DNA of 64,000 nt, from the NCBI GenBank assembly GCA_000092065.1, contig CP000588.1, one strand, 5' to 3'. The notes beneath the pieces were generated by a model, which searched no databases, had not been told where the DNA came from, and saw only the letters and a program-made list of their open reading frames with translations. Below, in pieces: positions 50,048 through 58,977 of the stretch. The DNA comes from Ostreococcus lucimarinus. Lineage: Eukaryota. A program made the translations under genes and the position numbers. Position 1 is the stretch's first letter; every line of letters begins with the position of its first letter.

Positions 50048-50686
50048 CTAATCCAATCTCAGCGGCATCTCTTCCTTGCGCACGCCGTCGGCGTTCATGA
50101 TCCACAGCTCCACGCGGTCGCCCGTGTAAATGTCGCGCTCCGCCGCCGTCGCGAAGCAATCCTTGATCAGCTCGATCGCCGCCGCCTCGCTCAACGGCGT
50201 CGCGCTCGACACCGCGGGCAGCACCAAAGGCGAAACCGTCTTGAGCTGATTATCCAACACCGGCATGATCAACGCCTGTCCCGAACCTTGACAGGAATAA
50301 TTCGTCCGTTCGTACGAGCCCACGGCGTCGTACGTAAACACCGCCCCTTTCCCTTCCGCGTCCAACCCCGCGACGATGTTAAACGCGTAATACGGAAAAA
50401 ACCTTCGGTAGTACAGCGTATTACTCAGCATTTGAGCGAACGACACGCATCCGATAGGCTTCTTATTTTGAAACTCGTACTGCTTGCATCGCGCCTTGAG
50501 CGTCTTCTTCAGCGTCTGCGCGTCCGCCATGAACCCCGCGCTCGCCATGAGCGTCTTCGGGCTCATCTGATCCACCTTTTCGTAATTTCTCGTCAAGATG
50601 CTGTATCCCGTGCTCATCCGCGTGTCGCTCGCGCATATCACATAATTTTCGCCCGCCACCGCGAGCACCGTCCCGCCGTTGTTGTC
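50048..50686 (-). CDS. proteasome subunit beta type-6-like (PBF1/PSMB1 homolog) exon 2
   Basis: DNNGGTVLAVAGENYVICASDTRMSTGYSILTRNYEKV..SNTLYYRRFFPYYAFNIVAGLDAEGKGAVFTYDAVGSYER..TAAERDIYTGDRVELWIM closely matches plant PBF1. An in-frame TAG immediately 5-prime of the DNNGG codons shows the ORF begins at an acceptor. Confidence 0.85.
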   Translation of the reverse strand, partial: DNNGGTVLAVAGENYVICASDTRMSTGYSILTRNYEKVDQMSPKTLMASAGFMADAQTLKKTLKARCKQYEFQNKKPIGCVSFAQMLSNTLYYRRFFPYYAFNIVAGLDAEGKGAVFTYDAVGSYERTNYSCQGSGQALIMPVLDNQLKTVSPLVLPAVSSATPLSEAAAIELIKDCFATAAERDIYTGDRVELWIMNADGVRKEEMPLRLD

Positions 50687-50926
50687 CTATCGAGCGCGTC
50701 GTCGAGCGCGTCGTCAGTCATCGCGATCCTTCCTTCGTCGCCGTCGATGCGATCGGACGATCGCATCGACGTCATCGCGTCTTCGTTCATTCATCGCCTC
50801 GCGCGCGCGCGTCCCGTCGCGACGTAAACCGCATCGACGCGTCATCAACCGCGATTGCGTCCGCGCGCGTCGTCGCGTCTCACGCCTCGCGCGCGCGCGC
50901 GCGCGCGTCGCTCGCGTCGCGCACGC
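50687..50926 (-). other. spliceosomal intron (240 bp, GTGCGT...TAG) of the proteasome beta gene
   Basis: On the minus strand the exon-1 codon TAC is followed by gtgcgt (plus 50926-50921). The acceptor ..ctcgatag| precedes GACAACAAC at 50686; phase 0. Confidence 0.75.
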
Positions 50927-50971
50927 ACGTATGGCGACCAATTCGCGTGTTGTCTCGCGCCTTCGGGCGCC
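50927..50971 (-). CDS. proteasome beta subunit exon 1 (45-nt micro-exon MAPEGARQHANWSPY)
   Basis: Minus-strand ATG at 50971-50969; encodes MAPEGARQHANWSPY. The QHANWSPY block matches the N-terminus of Arabidopsis PBF1 (MTKQHANWSPYDNNGGT) and joins exon 2 to give ..NWSPYDNNGGT. Confidence 0.75.
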
Positions 50972-51093
50972 ATCGCGCTCGGATCGGCCGCGCGCGCGCG
51001 CGAAAGTGACGCGGGATCGACGCTCGGAGGGACTTTCAGCCGTTGACCTCAATTCGCGTCGCGCGATTCGCTCGCCCGTCGCGCGCGCGCGCG

Positions 51094-53793
51094 ATGGAGC
51101 TGTTTCGGAGCGAGCGAATGTCGCTCGCGCGCGTCATCGTGCCCGAGGAAGCCGCGCGGGACACGATCGAACGCGTGGGCGAGCTCGGGGTGATGCAGTT
51201 TCAAGATCTGAACTCGGACACGCCGGCGTTTAAGCGCGCGTACTCGACGCAGATACGACGCGCGGACGAACTGCTGCGACGGTTGCGGTACTTTCGAGAC
51301 GAAGCGCGACGAGCGACGATCGCGGTGGCGCGATCGAGACGGAGAAACGCGACGGGACGCGGGAGCGGGGCGACGACGACGACGACGGACGAACTGGACC
51401 ACGTCACGGAGGAGCTCGAACGCGATCTCGCGCAAGCGCTGAAGAATTACGAGAGGCTGATGAGGACGCACAGCGAGTTGATGGAGCTGCAGTTGGTGCT
51501 GGAGAAGGCGGGGGGGATATTTGAGGAGAGTCGAGCGGACGGAGGAGGGCGCGGCGGCGGCGACGTGGATTTTCGCGGGACGCGGTCGTACGACGACGTC
51601 GAGGGGGGGGGCGAAAGCTTGCTGCCTGTCGCGAGTGTCGGCATGGGCGCGGCGACGGAGCGGCGCGGTGAGATGGGATCGAGGTCGGGGTCGTATTTAG
51701 AGATGGCGGAATTGGACGCCGCGGGCTCGAGCGGGCGAAGCGGCGACGGCGCGTCCGCGTCGTCCAACAGCGCCGCGGGCGCGTCGGCGGTGCGACTCGG
51801 ATTCATCACTGGAGTTATCCTCACGAATAAGGTGATCTCGTTCGAGCGGATTTTGTTTCGCGCGACGCGAGGGAACATGTTTTTGAAGCAGTCGCAAATC
51901 CTGGGCACCGTCGTCGACCCCACGACGGGCGAAAAGTGCGAAAAGACCGTGTGCGTGGTGTTTTTCGCGGGTGAGCGAGCGAGAGAGAAAATCATCAAAA
52001 TCTGTGAGGCGTTCAACGTGAATCGGTATCCGTTCCCTGAGGATTACACACGTCAGCGACAAATGTACGCCGAGTGCACGGCGCGTCTCGTCGAGTTGCA
52101 GTCAACGCTCGACGCTTCCACGCAGCATCGCGACGATGTTTTGCGTAAAGTGGGCGACAGTCTGGAAGATTGGATTCAAATAGTTCTGCGCGAGAAGGCT
52201 ATTTATCACACGATGAGCATGTGCTCGGTCGACGTCACACGAAAGGTGCTCGTGGCTCAAGCTTGGATTCCTGACTACGCGCTGTCCTCCGTGCAGACCG
52301 CCTTGACGGATGCGAATCATTCCTCGCTCGCTTCCGTTGGGACGATTTTTCAGCAAATAGAAACCAAGGAATCCCCGCCGACGCACTTTCAGACGAACAA
52401 AGTCACCTCAGTCTTCCAAGGCATCGTCGACGCGTACGGCGTCGCGAGCTATCGCGAGGTGAATCCCACGGTGTTCACCATCGTGACTTTCCCATTCCTA
52501 TTCGCCGTCATGTTCGGTGATTTTGGCCATGGATTTCTCATGCTCTTCGCCGCGCTATATTTGGTGATGAACGAAAAGAAGCTCGCGGCGTCGGGACTGA
52601 ACGAAATCATCCAGATGGCGTTCGACGGTCGATACGCCATCCTACTCATGTCCATTTTTAGTATTTACACTGGTTTACTCTACAACGAATGTTTCTCTGT
52701 ACCAATGAATTGGTTCGGTGCGAGTAAGTATGTGTGCGATCCAAATGACCCGACGGCGTCTACGACGTGCGATTCGGCGTATAAGACCGGCCTGGTGAAT
52801 AACGGCGACGGCGCGTACGCCTTTGGCGTCGACCCCATCTGGCACGGTTCGCGTTCGGAATTGCCGTTTTTGAACTCGCTGAAGATGAAAATGTCTATTT
52901 TGATGGGTGTGACGCAGATGATGCTCGGAATCTTCATGTCATTCCTAAATCAGGTGTACACAAACGACAAGCTCTCGATGTATTGCGAGTTTTTCCCGCA
53001 AGTCATCTTCCTCGGCGCGCTCTTCGGATACCTGTCGTTGCTGATCCTCATCAAGTGGTGCACGCCTGGTTCGACTGCCGATTTGTATCACGTTATGATA
53101 TACATGTTCCTTTCCCCGGGCAACGTCGATTGCGCCGGCGAAGGCGAAAACGGCGGTCCCGGTTGCCCCGAAAACGTCTTGTTCCCAGGGCAAGCGGGCT
53201 TTCAAAATTTTTTGTTGTTTCTCGCCTTTGTGGCGGTGCCGGTGATGCTGTTTCCGAAACCGTACATTTTGAAGAAGCGACACGAAGCGTCCCGAGGCGG
53301 GGTTCGGCGAGGCGGCGTGCGATACGCGCGGCTTGATGCAGAAGATGACGACGACGAGGCGTTTTTGCAAGCGTCAGATGCGGAGAACAGCTCACCGTCG
53401 GCTGAAGAGGAAGAAGAATTTGATTTCGGCGAAATCATGGTGCATCAAGGGATCCATACCATTGAATTCGTTCTCGGCGCTGTGTCAAATACCGCGTCTT
53501 ATCTTCGTCTTTGGGCGCTGTCACTAGCGCATGCGCAACTCTCAGCCGTGTTTTGGGATCGCGTCTTCATGGGCGCCGTGGCGAGCGGAAACGTCGTCGC
53601 CATCGTGATGGGTTTCGCCGTGTGGGCGTTCGCCACGATTGGGGTGCTCATGCTCATGGAATCTCTGTCCGCGTTTTTACACGCGTTGCGCTTGCACTGG
53701 GTCGAGTTCAACAACAAGTTCTTCAAAGGAGCCGGCTATGCCTTCGTCCCGTTCACCTTCGTCGGTCTCAGCGACAAGTCCGACGACGCGTGA
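51094..53793 (+). CDS. V-type H+-ATPase V0 subunit a (VHA-a, 100-116 kDa subunit)
   Basis: ATG verified at 51094 (MELFRSERMSLARVIVPEEAARDTIERVGELGVMQFQDLN..). The family-typical C-terminal membrane region (..LSLAHAQLS..) is present. A Gly/Ser-rich insertion includes a G9 homopolymer at 51601-51609. Stop at 53793. Confidence 0.9.
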   Translation: MELFRSERMSLARVIVPEEAARDTIERVGELGVMQFQDLNSDTPAFKRAYSTQIRRADELLRRLRYFRDEARRATIAVARSRRRNATGRGSGATTTTTDELDHVTEELERDLAQALKNYERLMRTHSELMELQLVLEKAGGIFEESRADGGGRGGGDVDFRGTRSYDDVEGGGESLLPVASVGMGAATERRGEMGSRSGSYLEMAELDAAGSSGRSGDGASASSNSAAGASAVRLGFITGVILTNKVISFERILFRATRGNMFLKQSQILGTVVDPTTGEKCEKTVCVVFFAGERAREKIIKICEAFNVNRYPFPEDYTRQRQMYAECTARLVELQSTLDASTQHRDDVLRKVGDSLEDWIQIVLREKAIYHTMSMCSVDVTRKVLVAQAWIPDYALSSVQTALTDANHSSLASVGTIFQQIETKESPPTHFQTNKVTSVFQGIVDAYGVASYREVNPTVFTIVTFPFLFAVMFGDFGHGFLMLFAALYLVMNEKKLAASGLNEIIQMAFDGRYAILLMSIFSIYTGLLYNECFSVPMNWFGASKYVCDPNDPTASTTCDSAYKTGLVNNGDGAYAFGVDPIWHGSRSELPFLNSLKMKMSILMGVTQMMLGIFMSFLNQVYTNDKLSMYCEFFPQVIFLGALFGYLSLLILIKWCTPGSTADLYHVMIYMFLSPGNVDCAGEGENGGPGCPENVLFPGQAGFQNFLLFLAFVAVPVMLFPKPYILKKRHEASRGGVRRGGVRYARLDAEDDDDEAFLQASDAENSSPSAEEEEEFDFGEIMVHQGIHTIEFVLGAVSNTASYLRLWALSLAHAQLSAVFWDRVFMGAVASGNVVAIVMGFAVWAFATIGVLMLMESLSAFLHALRLHWVEFNNKFFKGAGYAFVPFTFVGLSDKSDDA

Positions 53794-53836
53794 ACAGAAC
53801 GGCAAATTAGCATCATGATATGATACGAATTGATTG

Positions 53837-53841
53837 TGTAA
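53837..53841 (+). promoter_or_regulatory. TGTAA poly(A)-signal-like motif 44 nt after the V-ATPase subunit a stop
   Basis: attgattgTGTAAtgataaacg read directly; AT-rich 3-prime UTR. Confidence 0.4.
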
Positions 53842-53884
53842 TGATAAACGTTACAACATTTAGCAAAATGATAGTGTATACAGT

Positions 53885-56080
53885 TCACGACGACGAGCGC
53901 GTTCGTCTGAGCCACGGTCTTGAGTCGCCCGTTTGCGTTTCGACGGTGTGCGTTCGGCGCGCGTCAAAAAGCGAGTCGCGATTTGTGAGGTCTATGAAGA
54001 CCTCCACAGCCTGAAGACCAATGAATGCAAGAGCGCCTCGTCTTGATGTTTCGCTTTGGTCGAGCGCTGATAATCCGACCGCGATGCCGACGACGGCGCA
54101 CAGGGAACTCCACGCGTGCTGTACACCGCGAATTTTTCGGCGGCGGCGATTGTCCGCGCAAAGCGCCGCGAGTAAGTTTTTGAAAGTATCCCAGTATAGA
54201 TATTGACACCTTGACACGCGTATTTGCCGCGCACCTTGTGATACGCGCGCGACGAAATGTGCCAGTCGCACGTGATCGTTTTCGCATTGGCGATTGAGAC
54301 GCGAGGCGAGGCGATTGAAATCAACGCTCCATGCGATGAAGACGGTAAAGGCGAAAGCCACCGCCGCGTCCGCCGCGCTCGTCATCGTGAAGCCCGCGGC
54401 AAGTGCGACGTAGATTACTCGCGCGAACGCGTGTGCGGTCCTCGAATACTGCAGCGAATGCGCGACAATGCGTTGCATCGCAATGGATGCCACAAACGTT
54501 CCGATGGCAGCGTATAAGAGCGCGTTGGAAGGATTCCACATTCGTCGCTTGCCGTCGAGCCATCTTTCAAAAGCGTGCAGTGATATAGCTGGAGTGATAC
54601 CGACGCATGCAAAGATACTGACGATCAACGAAACTGATTGAAAGTTCCAACCTTTCATGGACGCGGCAACGTTCTTCGTTGGGGCAGCGAGAAATTCTCG
54701 CGGCGACGGATGAATAACCCTTGACTTGTCAATCGGCGCAGTCTGTCGCCGCGACGACGACGACGACAGCGCTCGATGAATTGTGTGCGCGTCGCAACCC
54801 TCCAGCATAGAGCTCCATTTACCGATGAACACGACGCTGTTGCCTTCGGTGATGACGATACGATGGCACAAAGGAAGTACGGCGATATCAGTCGTGGTGA
54901 ACACGCAGGACCGACGCCGGTTTGTTAGGCGATTCATTGCTCGCAATCGCGCGCGTTCATCGTATATTTCATAGAATGGGTCTTGTGCCAGCATGATACG
55001 AGCGTGCGCGCACCTTGCACGCTCCAAACCGATTTCACACGCACCACCATCGCTCGTGCTACACGCGATGACGTCGTCCGCGGTTTCCTTTGGTCGCTTG
55101 CGAAGCGCACATTCCAGGTAGCGATCTGATGAGCATAACGCCGCTTCTAACGACTCTATCAGGCGCGATCGTTTCAGAGCATCTACGCGTGATGAAGCAG
55201 ATCCCAACACCAGCGCGTTGACACGCCTATCGACGGGTTCGGGCACGCGCCATTCCTTGCTCGGCGAAAGCAGTACGTCAACTTCGTCCGCATGTTCGAC
55301 GCCTCGAATAAGTCGATTAAATAAGTCGTATCGTCCATCGCCGACGATGGCGACGAGCTCTCCGCCGTTTTCAACGAGCGCCGATGTTGACACAGAGGGC
55401 CCTCTGTGAGAGCTCCGTTCGTTGTCGGTCACGAGAGCTACAAATTCGACGCGTCGTGCCGAGTCAATTTTCGCTCGCCGAGCGCTCACGAGCGCTCGAA
55501 CGCATGCTCGAGTCAAAATCAGCGCTGAAAATGCATCTGCTTCGTCGATGTATCGTACATACGCGGAATGTGCGAAGCAAGCGGTAATCAACACCGCGTA
55601 AGCGACCGCATCCACGTAGTTCTGTCTCGATCCAGAAACTGCCAAAGCAGCCTCGCTTTGCGCAAACAGTCGCCATTCATGCGCAATTCGTTCCGCGCAC
55701 AGTGAACGGTTTGATGCCAGCAATAAAGTATCATAAACTGCTCGCTCGTATTTCTCCGTCACGCGCAAACGCGTTAATCGCGAAACTGTGTCGACGACGC
55801 CGAGCGCGGCGAAAGATGGCAAAATCCAACCGAGCTCGCCGCGAGAGACCAATCGGCGAACGCCGAACGCACAAAACACCGTCGAGGTGAATATCAAGAT
55901 ATTGAGAAAACGACACGCAAAAATCAATCCATCGACGTGCGAGAATCTCGATGCGTTTTCGTGTTTCGTATCCCCAATGTGAAAGAGTTCCTCGCGGCTC
56001 CAACGCGCGAGAAGACCAAACCATCGCGACGTCGGTGCGGGCGCAAACGCGCTCGCGGCGTGACGCGCGCGTGAAAGCAT
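53885..56080 (-). CDS. multi-pass membrane protein with central soluble domain carrying degenerate ABC-NBD-like motifs; hypothetical
   Basis: Continuous 786-codon ORF to ATG 56245; that start overlaps the CCD stop by 35 bp, so internal ATG 56080-56078 (MLSRARH..) is preferred. Hydrophobic helices occur at both ends (LIFACRFLNILIFTSTVFCAF; SLIVSIFACVGITPAISL; VIYVALAAGFTMTSA; AWSSLCAVVGIAVGLSAL). The middle segment has Walker-A-like VAIVGDGRYDLFNRL and H-loop/D-loop-like TTTDIAVLPLCHRIVITEGNSVVFIG. Lower GC than the surroundings. Confidence 0.4.
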   Translation of the reverse strand: MLSRARHAASAFAPAPTSRWFGLLARWSREELFHIGDTKHENASRFSHVDGLIFACRFLNILIFTSTVFCAFGVRRLVSRGELGWILPSFAALGVVDTVSRLTRLRVTEKYERAVYDTLLLASNRSLCAERIAHEWRLFAQSEAALAVSGSRQNYVDAVAYAVLITACFAHSAYVRYIDEADAFSALILTRACVRALVSARRAKIDSARRVEFVALVTDNERSSHRGPSVSTSALVENGGELVAIVGDGRYDLFNRLIRGVEHADEVDVLLSPSKEWRVPEPVDRRVNALVLGSASSRVDALKRSRLIESLEAALCSSDRYLECALRKRPKETADDVIACSTSDGGACEIGLERARCAHARIMLAQDPFYEIYDERARLRAMNRLTNRRRSCVFTTTDIAVLPLCHRIVITEGNSVVFIGKWSSMLEGCDAHTIHRALSSSSSRRQTAPIDKSRVIHPSPREFLAAPTKNVAASMKGWNFQSVSLIVSIFACVGITPAISLHAFERWLDGKRRMWNPSNALLYAAIGTFVASIAMQRIVAHSLQYSRTAHAFARVIYVALAAGFTMTSAADAAVAFAFTVFIAWSVDFNRLASRLNRQCENDHVRLAHFVARVSQGARQIRVSRCQYLYWDTFKNLLAALCADNRRRRKIRGVQHAWSSLCAVVGIAVGLSALDQSETSRRGALAFIGLQAVEVFIDLTNRDSLFDARRTHTVETQTGDSRPWLRRTRSSS

Positions 56081-56210
56081 GTGTCTTATGCGGGTTTTTG
56101 GAACTACACGCGAAATCGAAGTCGTAGAATGTTGCGAGTTGCGTTCTGCAGCTGCAGCTGCCTCGGGACGCGCGAAACGACAACGAATACAACATGTTAC
56201 AAGATAGATA

Positions 56211-57920
56211 CTACAGCGGCCAGTCTGGAAGTGGTCCGGGTACATATTCGCAATGAAATCCGTACGGTACGCGCATTGGAATATGCACGACGCACTGCGT
56301 CGTGAGTTCGTCGCCCGAGGCGTCTAAAATTAATAACTCTGCTCGAGGCTCTTCACCGTCGACGTCGAGGTGTGTCAACACGAGCAAATAACCGTCGTCT
56401 TCGCGCGCGGCATCTTTCGAAGGAACGAAAATAATGTCACCACACGTGACACCTTCACCTAATTCGTATCGAGTCGTCACTCCTGACTGTAGGTCGTGCT
56501 TGAGTACGGCGTCGAACAGAGGAATGTCCATGCGCGACTTTGGTTCGGTGCCCAATTTGTACGCCACCGAGTACGCGAAGCGGTACTTTAAGCCAGTGTA
56601 CTTGCGGTTAATACACGGAAAGTCGGAAGTCTGTTCGCATAGGCGCTTGCTCGATATTATCGCGTTAGCGTCGGTGTCGATTTGCCATCTCCACAACGCC
56701 GCAACGTCGCGACCGGCGTTCACTGGATTCTTCGCCGGCGTTGAACGCGGCACGTTCGACTCTTGGCACATCCCCAACGCGTTCGTTTCGTCGGCTTTGC
56801 ACACATCCAACGTCAGAATATTTCCTTCTTCGTACGCGTTCACGACGTGATACGCAAAGCACGTCTCGCCAGTGTCAATCCAAAACGGCCCTTCCTCACC
56901 TCTTCGTGGGAGATATCCGATACGCAACGTGCATTCTCTTTCAAAGCTAAACGGCAGTCCGCCTTCGATGACGCGCGGCAAGTTGAAGATCAACGGCCCA
57001 TCGATCAGCACCGTCTTTGTCGGCGTGATGGCGACGTCGTGTTGCATCGAGGGTCGAGGCACTTTAAATTGCCGCCGGTGCGTGCGTTTCCCCGTCTCGC
57101 CGTCGATCACGCCAACCGTGATCGTCGTCTGCCCATCCTGCTCGCCGCTCAGCGCCACGAGATTGTACCCGATGTAAATTAACTCGTCCGTCATCGGGCA
57201 CGTCTTCGAATGCGCGGTGAAATTGTCCAGCCAATAATCCATCGTGCCAAACGTCTGATTGAAATCGCACAGCCCTTTCGTGCGCAGCGTCGGCTCTAAC
57301 GCGATCTCGTACGGCGAACCGCTCTCGTACGTCGCTAACAATCGCCCCGCATGATGCGTCAATCCGTTACTACTCGTATTCTTGGACTGAATGACGAAGA
57401 ACGCCGAATCCGGCTGCCGAACGTCCAAGGTCATCTTTTCCAACAACCTCGGCAGCAAGTACCGCCAAATCGGATTTATATCCCGGAGCCCCGTGTACAG
57501 CGCCGCGTTCGCCTTTTCTTCTCGCTCGAAACCGCGCGTGCGCACGTACCGCCTTGTATACTCCGCTCGTTCGCCCTCGCCGCGCAAACGAATCGCGTGC
57601 ACCATGCCGTCGCCGTCGAACCAGTGATACCGATTCGTCCCGAGCGCCGGTCGAAATCGCGCGTTCGGGCCGTTCCGCAGGTACAACCCGTCCAAATCGT
57701 CCGGCAACCGCCCGCGCGCGACGACGCACGCGACGGGCGTCTCGAGCTCGCCCTCCACCGGCGCGAAGTTCCCAGATAACGCCGGGTTCGTCGTCGCGTC
57801 GTCGTCGAGCCACCGCGGCGCGCGCGAGATCGCGCGCGCGCGCGTCCCGGACGCATCGCTCGACCGCTCGCGCCGCGCGTCGACGCCCGCGGCGGCGCGC
57901 GAGACGCACAGCGCGCGCAT
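56211..57920 (-). CDS. carotenoid cleavage dioxygenase (CCD/NCED/RPE65 family)
   Basis: Family blocks: PDDLDGLYLRNGPNARF..HWFDGDGMVHAIRL; HHAGRLLATYESGSPYEI; His ligands in ..TAHSKTCPMTDELIYIGY.. and FAYHVVNAYEEGNILTLDVC; C-terminal ..PYGFHCEYVPG. ATG 57920 gives a ~45-aa presequence. The track ORF continues to 58514 through a Ser/Ala-rich low-complexity stretch that is antisense to CWC15. Confidence 0.75.
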   Translation of the reverse strand: MRALCVSRAAAGVDARRERSSDASGTRARAISRAPRWLDDDATTNPALSGNFAPVEGELETPVACVVARGRLPDDLDGLYLRNGPNARFRPALGTNRYHWFDGDGMVHAIRLRGEGERAEYTRRYVRTRGFEREEKANAALYTGLRDINPIWRYLLPRLLEKMTLDVRQPDSAFFVIQSKNTSSNGLTHHAGRLLATYESGSPYEIALEPTLRTKGLCDFNQTFGTMDYWLDNFTAHSKTCPMTDELIYIGYNLVALSGEQDGQTTITVGVIDGETGKRTHRRQFKVPRPSMQHDVAITPTKTVLIDGPLIFNLPRVIEGGLPFSFERECTLRIGYLPRRGEEGPFWIDTGETCFAYHVVNAYEEGNILTLDVCKADETNALGMCQESNVPRSTPAKNPVNAGRDVAALWRWQIDTDANAIISSKRLCEQTSDFPCINRKYTGLKYRFAYSVAYKLGTEPKSRMDIPLFDAVLKHDLQSGVTTRYELGEGVTCGDIIFVPSKDAAREDDGYLLVLTHLDVDGEEPRAELLILDASGDELTTQCVVHIPMRVPYGFHCEYVPGPLPDWPL

Positions 57921-57969
57921 CGCGAACGCGAGGACGAATTCGACGCTCGACGCGTCACTCACTGACGCG
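57921..57969. promoter_or_regulatory. 49-bp divergent (head-to-head) intergenic region between CCD and CWC15 start codons
   Basis: CCD ATG at 57920 (minus) and CWC15 ATG at 57970 (plus), both verified in the sequence. A shared promoter region is an inference. Confidence 0.3.
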
Positions 57970-58354
57970 ATGACGACCGCGCACCGACCGACGTGGGCGC
58001 CGGCGAAGGGAAAGGAACACCAAGGCGGCGCGCGCCTGTTCGGACCGAGCGCCAAGCACAGCAAACTCGACGCGAATGGATTCATGACGCTGAAGACGAG
58101 ACACGAATCGCAATCGGGCGCGGACGCGCTGCTCGCGCGGGATTTGCGCGCTGAGCTCGAGGAAAAGGAACGACGGGCGAAAGGAAAGGGCGCGATCGCG
58201 GGCGCGGACGTGAAGGAGACGATCGCGGCGCTGGGGAGCGGGGCGAGCGATGATGGTGGACGGTTTCGAACGCGAGCGGAGGACGCGGACGACGACGCGA
58301 GCGCGAGCGGGAGCGACGACGAGAGCGATTCGGGGAGCGATGATGAGAGCGATG
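57970..58354 (+). CDS. CWC15: spliceosome-associated protein CWC15 (AD002) exon 1
   Basis: ATG verified at 57970; MTTAHRPTWAPAKGKEHQGG.. (compare metazoan MTTAARPTFEPARGG..), ..RDLRAELEEKERRA.., acidic Ser/Asp tract ending SDDESD-G. Confidence 0.8.
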
Positions 58355-58496
58355 GTGCGTGTGCGATGTTTTCGTCTCTCGCGAACGATGGCGCGGCGCG
58401 CGATGCGATGCGAGACGCGAGACGCGAGACGCGAGACGCGAGACCCGACGACGCGAGGCGACGGCTGACTAACCCTACCACGCTCTCGATTCGCAG
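58355..58496 (+). other. CWC15: spliceosomal intron (142 bp, GTGCGT...CAG) of CWC15
   Basis: Donor GATG|gtgcgt at 58355 (phase 1) and acceptor ttcgcag| at 58496. The joined peptide ..[21 protein letters not shown].. matches the conserved CWC15 block ..[18 protein letters not shown]. Confidence 0.8.
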
Positions 58497-58822
58497 ACGA
58501 CGACACGGCCGCACTCTTGGCCGAGCTCGAGCGCATCAAGAGCGAACGCGCGGAAGAAGCGCGTTTGAAAGCCGAGGCCGAGGCGTCGGAGGCTTTCGAG
58601 CGACAAAAAGACGAATTAGCGACGGGGAACCCGTTATTGGACCTCGCGACTGGCGGCGCCGGCGCGAGCGCGGGCGGCGACTTTAGGACGAAACGGCGCT
58701 GGGACGACGACGTCGTGTTCCGCAACCAAGCGCGCGACGAGCCCAAGGTTGGGAAGCGTTTCATCAACGACACCATTCGAAGCGATTTCCACAAGAGGTT
58801 TTTGAACAAGTACATCAAGTAG
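58497..58822 (+). CDS. CWC15: CWC15 exon 2
   Basis: ..[75 protein letters not shown] matches the CWC15 C-terminus almost motif for motif; stop at 58822. Confidence 0.85.
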
Positions 58823-58977
58823 CCCGCCGCGAAAAATGATTTTTATCTCACGACGACGATGACGACGATGACGTGAAGATGACGTGAAGGTCGACGCCGT
58901 GCGCGCCGCACTCCGCGACTCGCTCGCGCGGACGACGATCGACCGACCCACGCGCACGCGCACACGTCTTAAAAACC

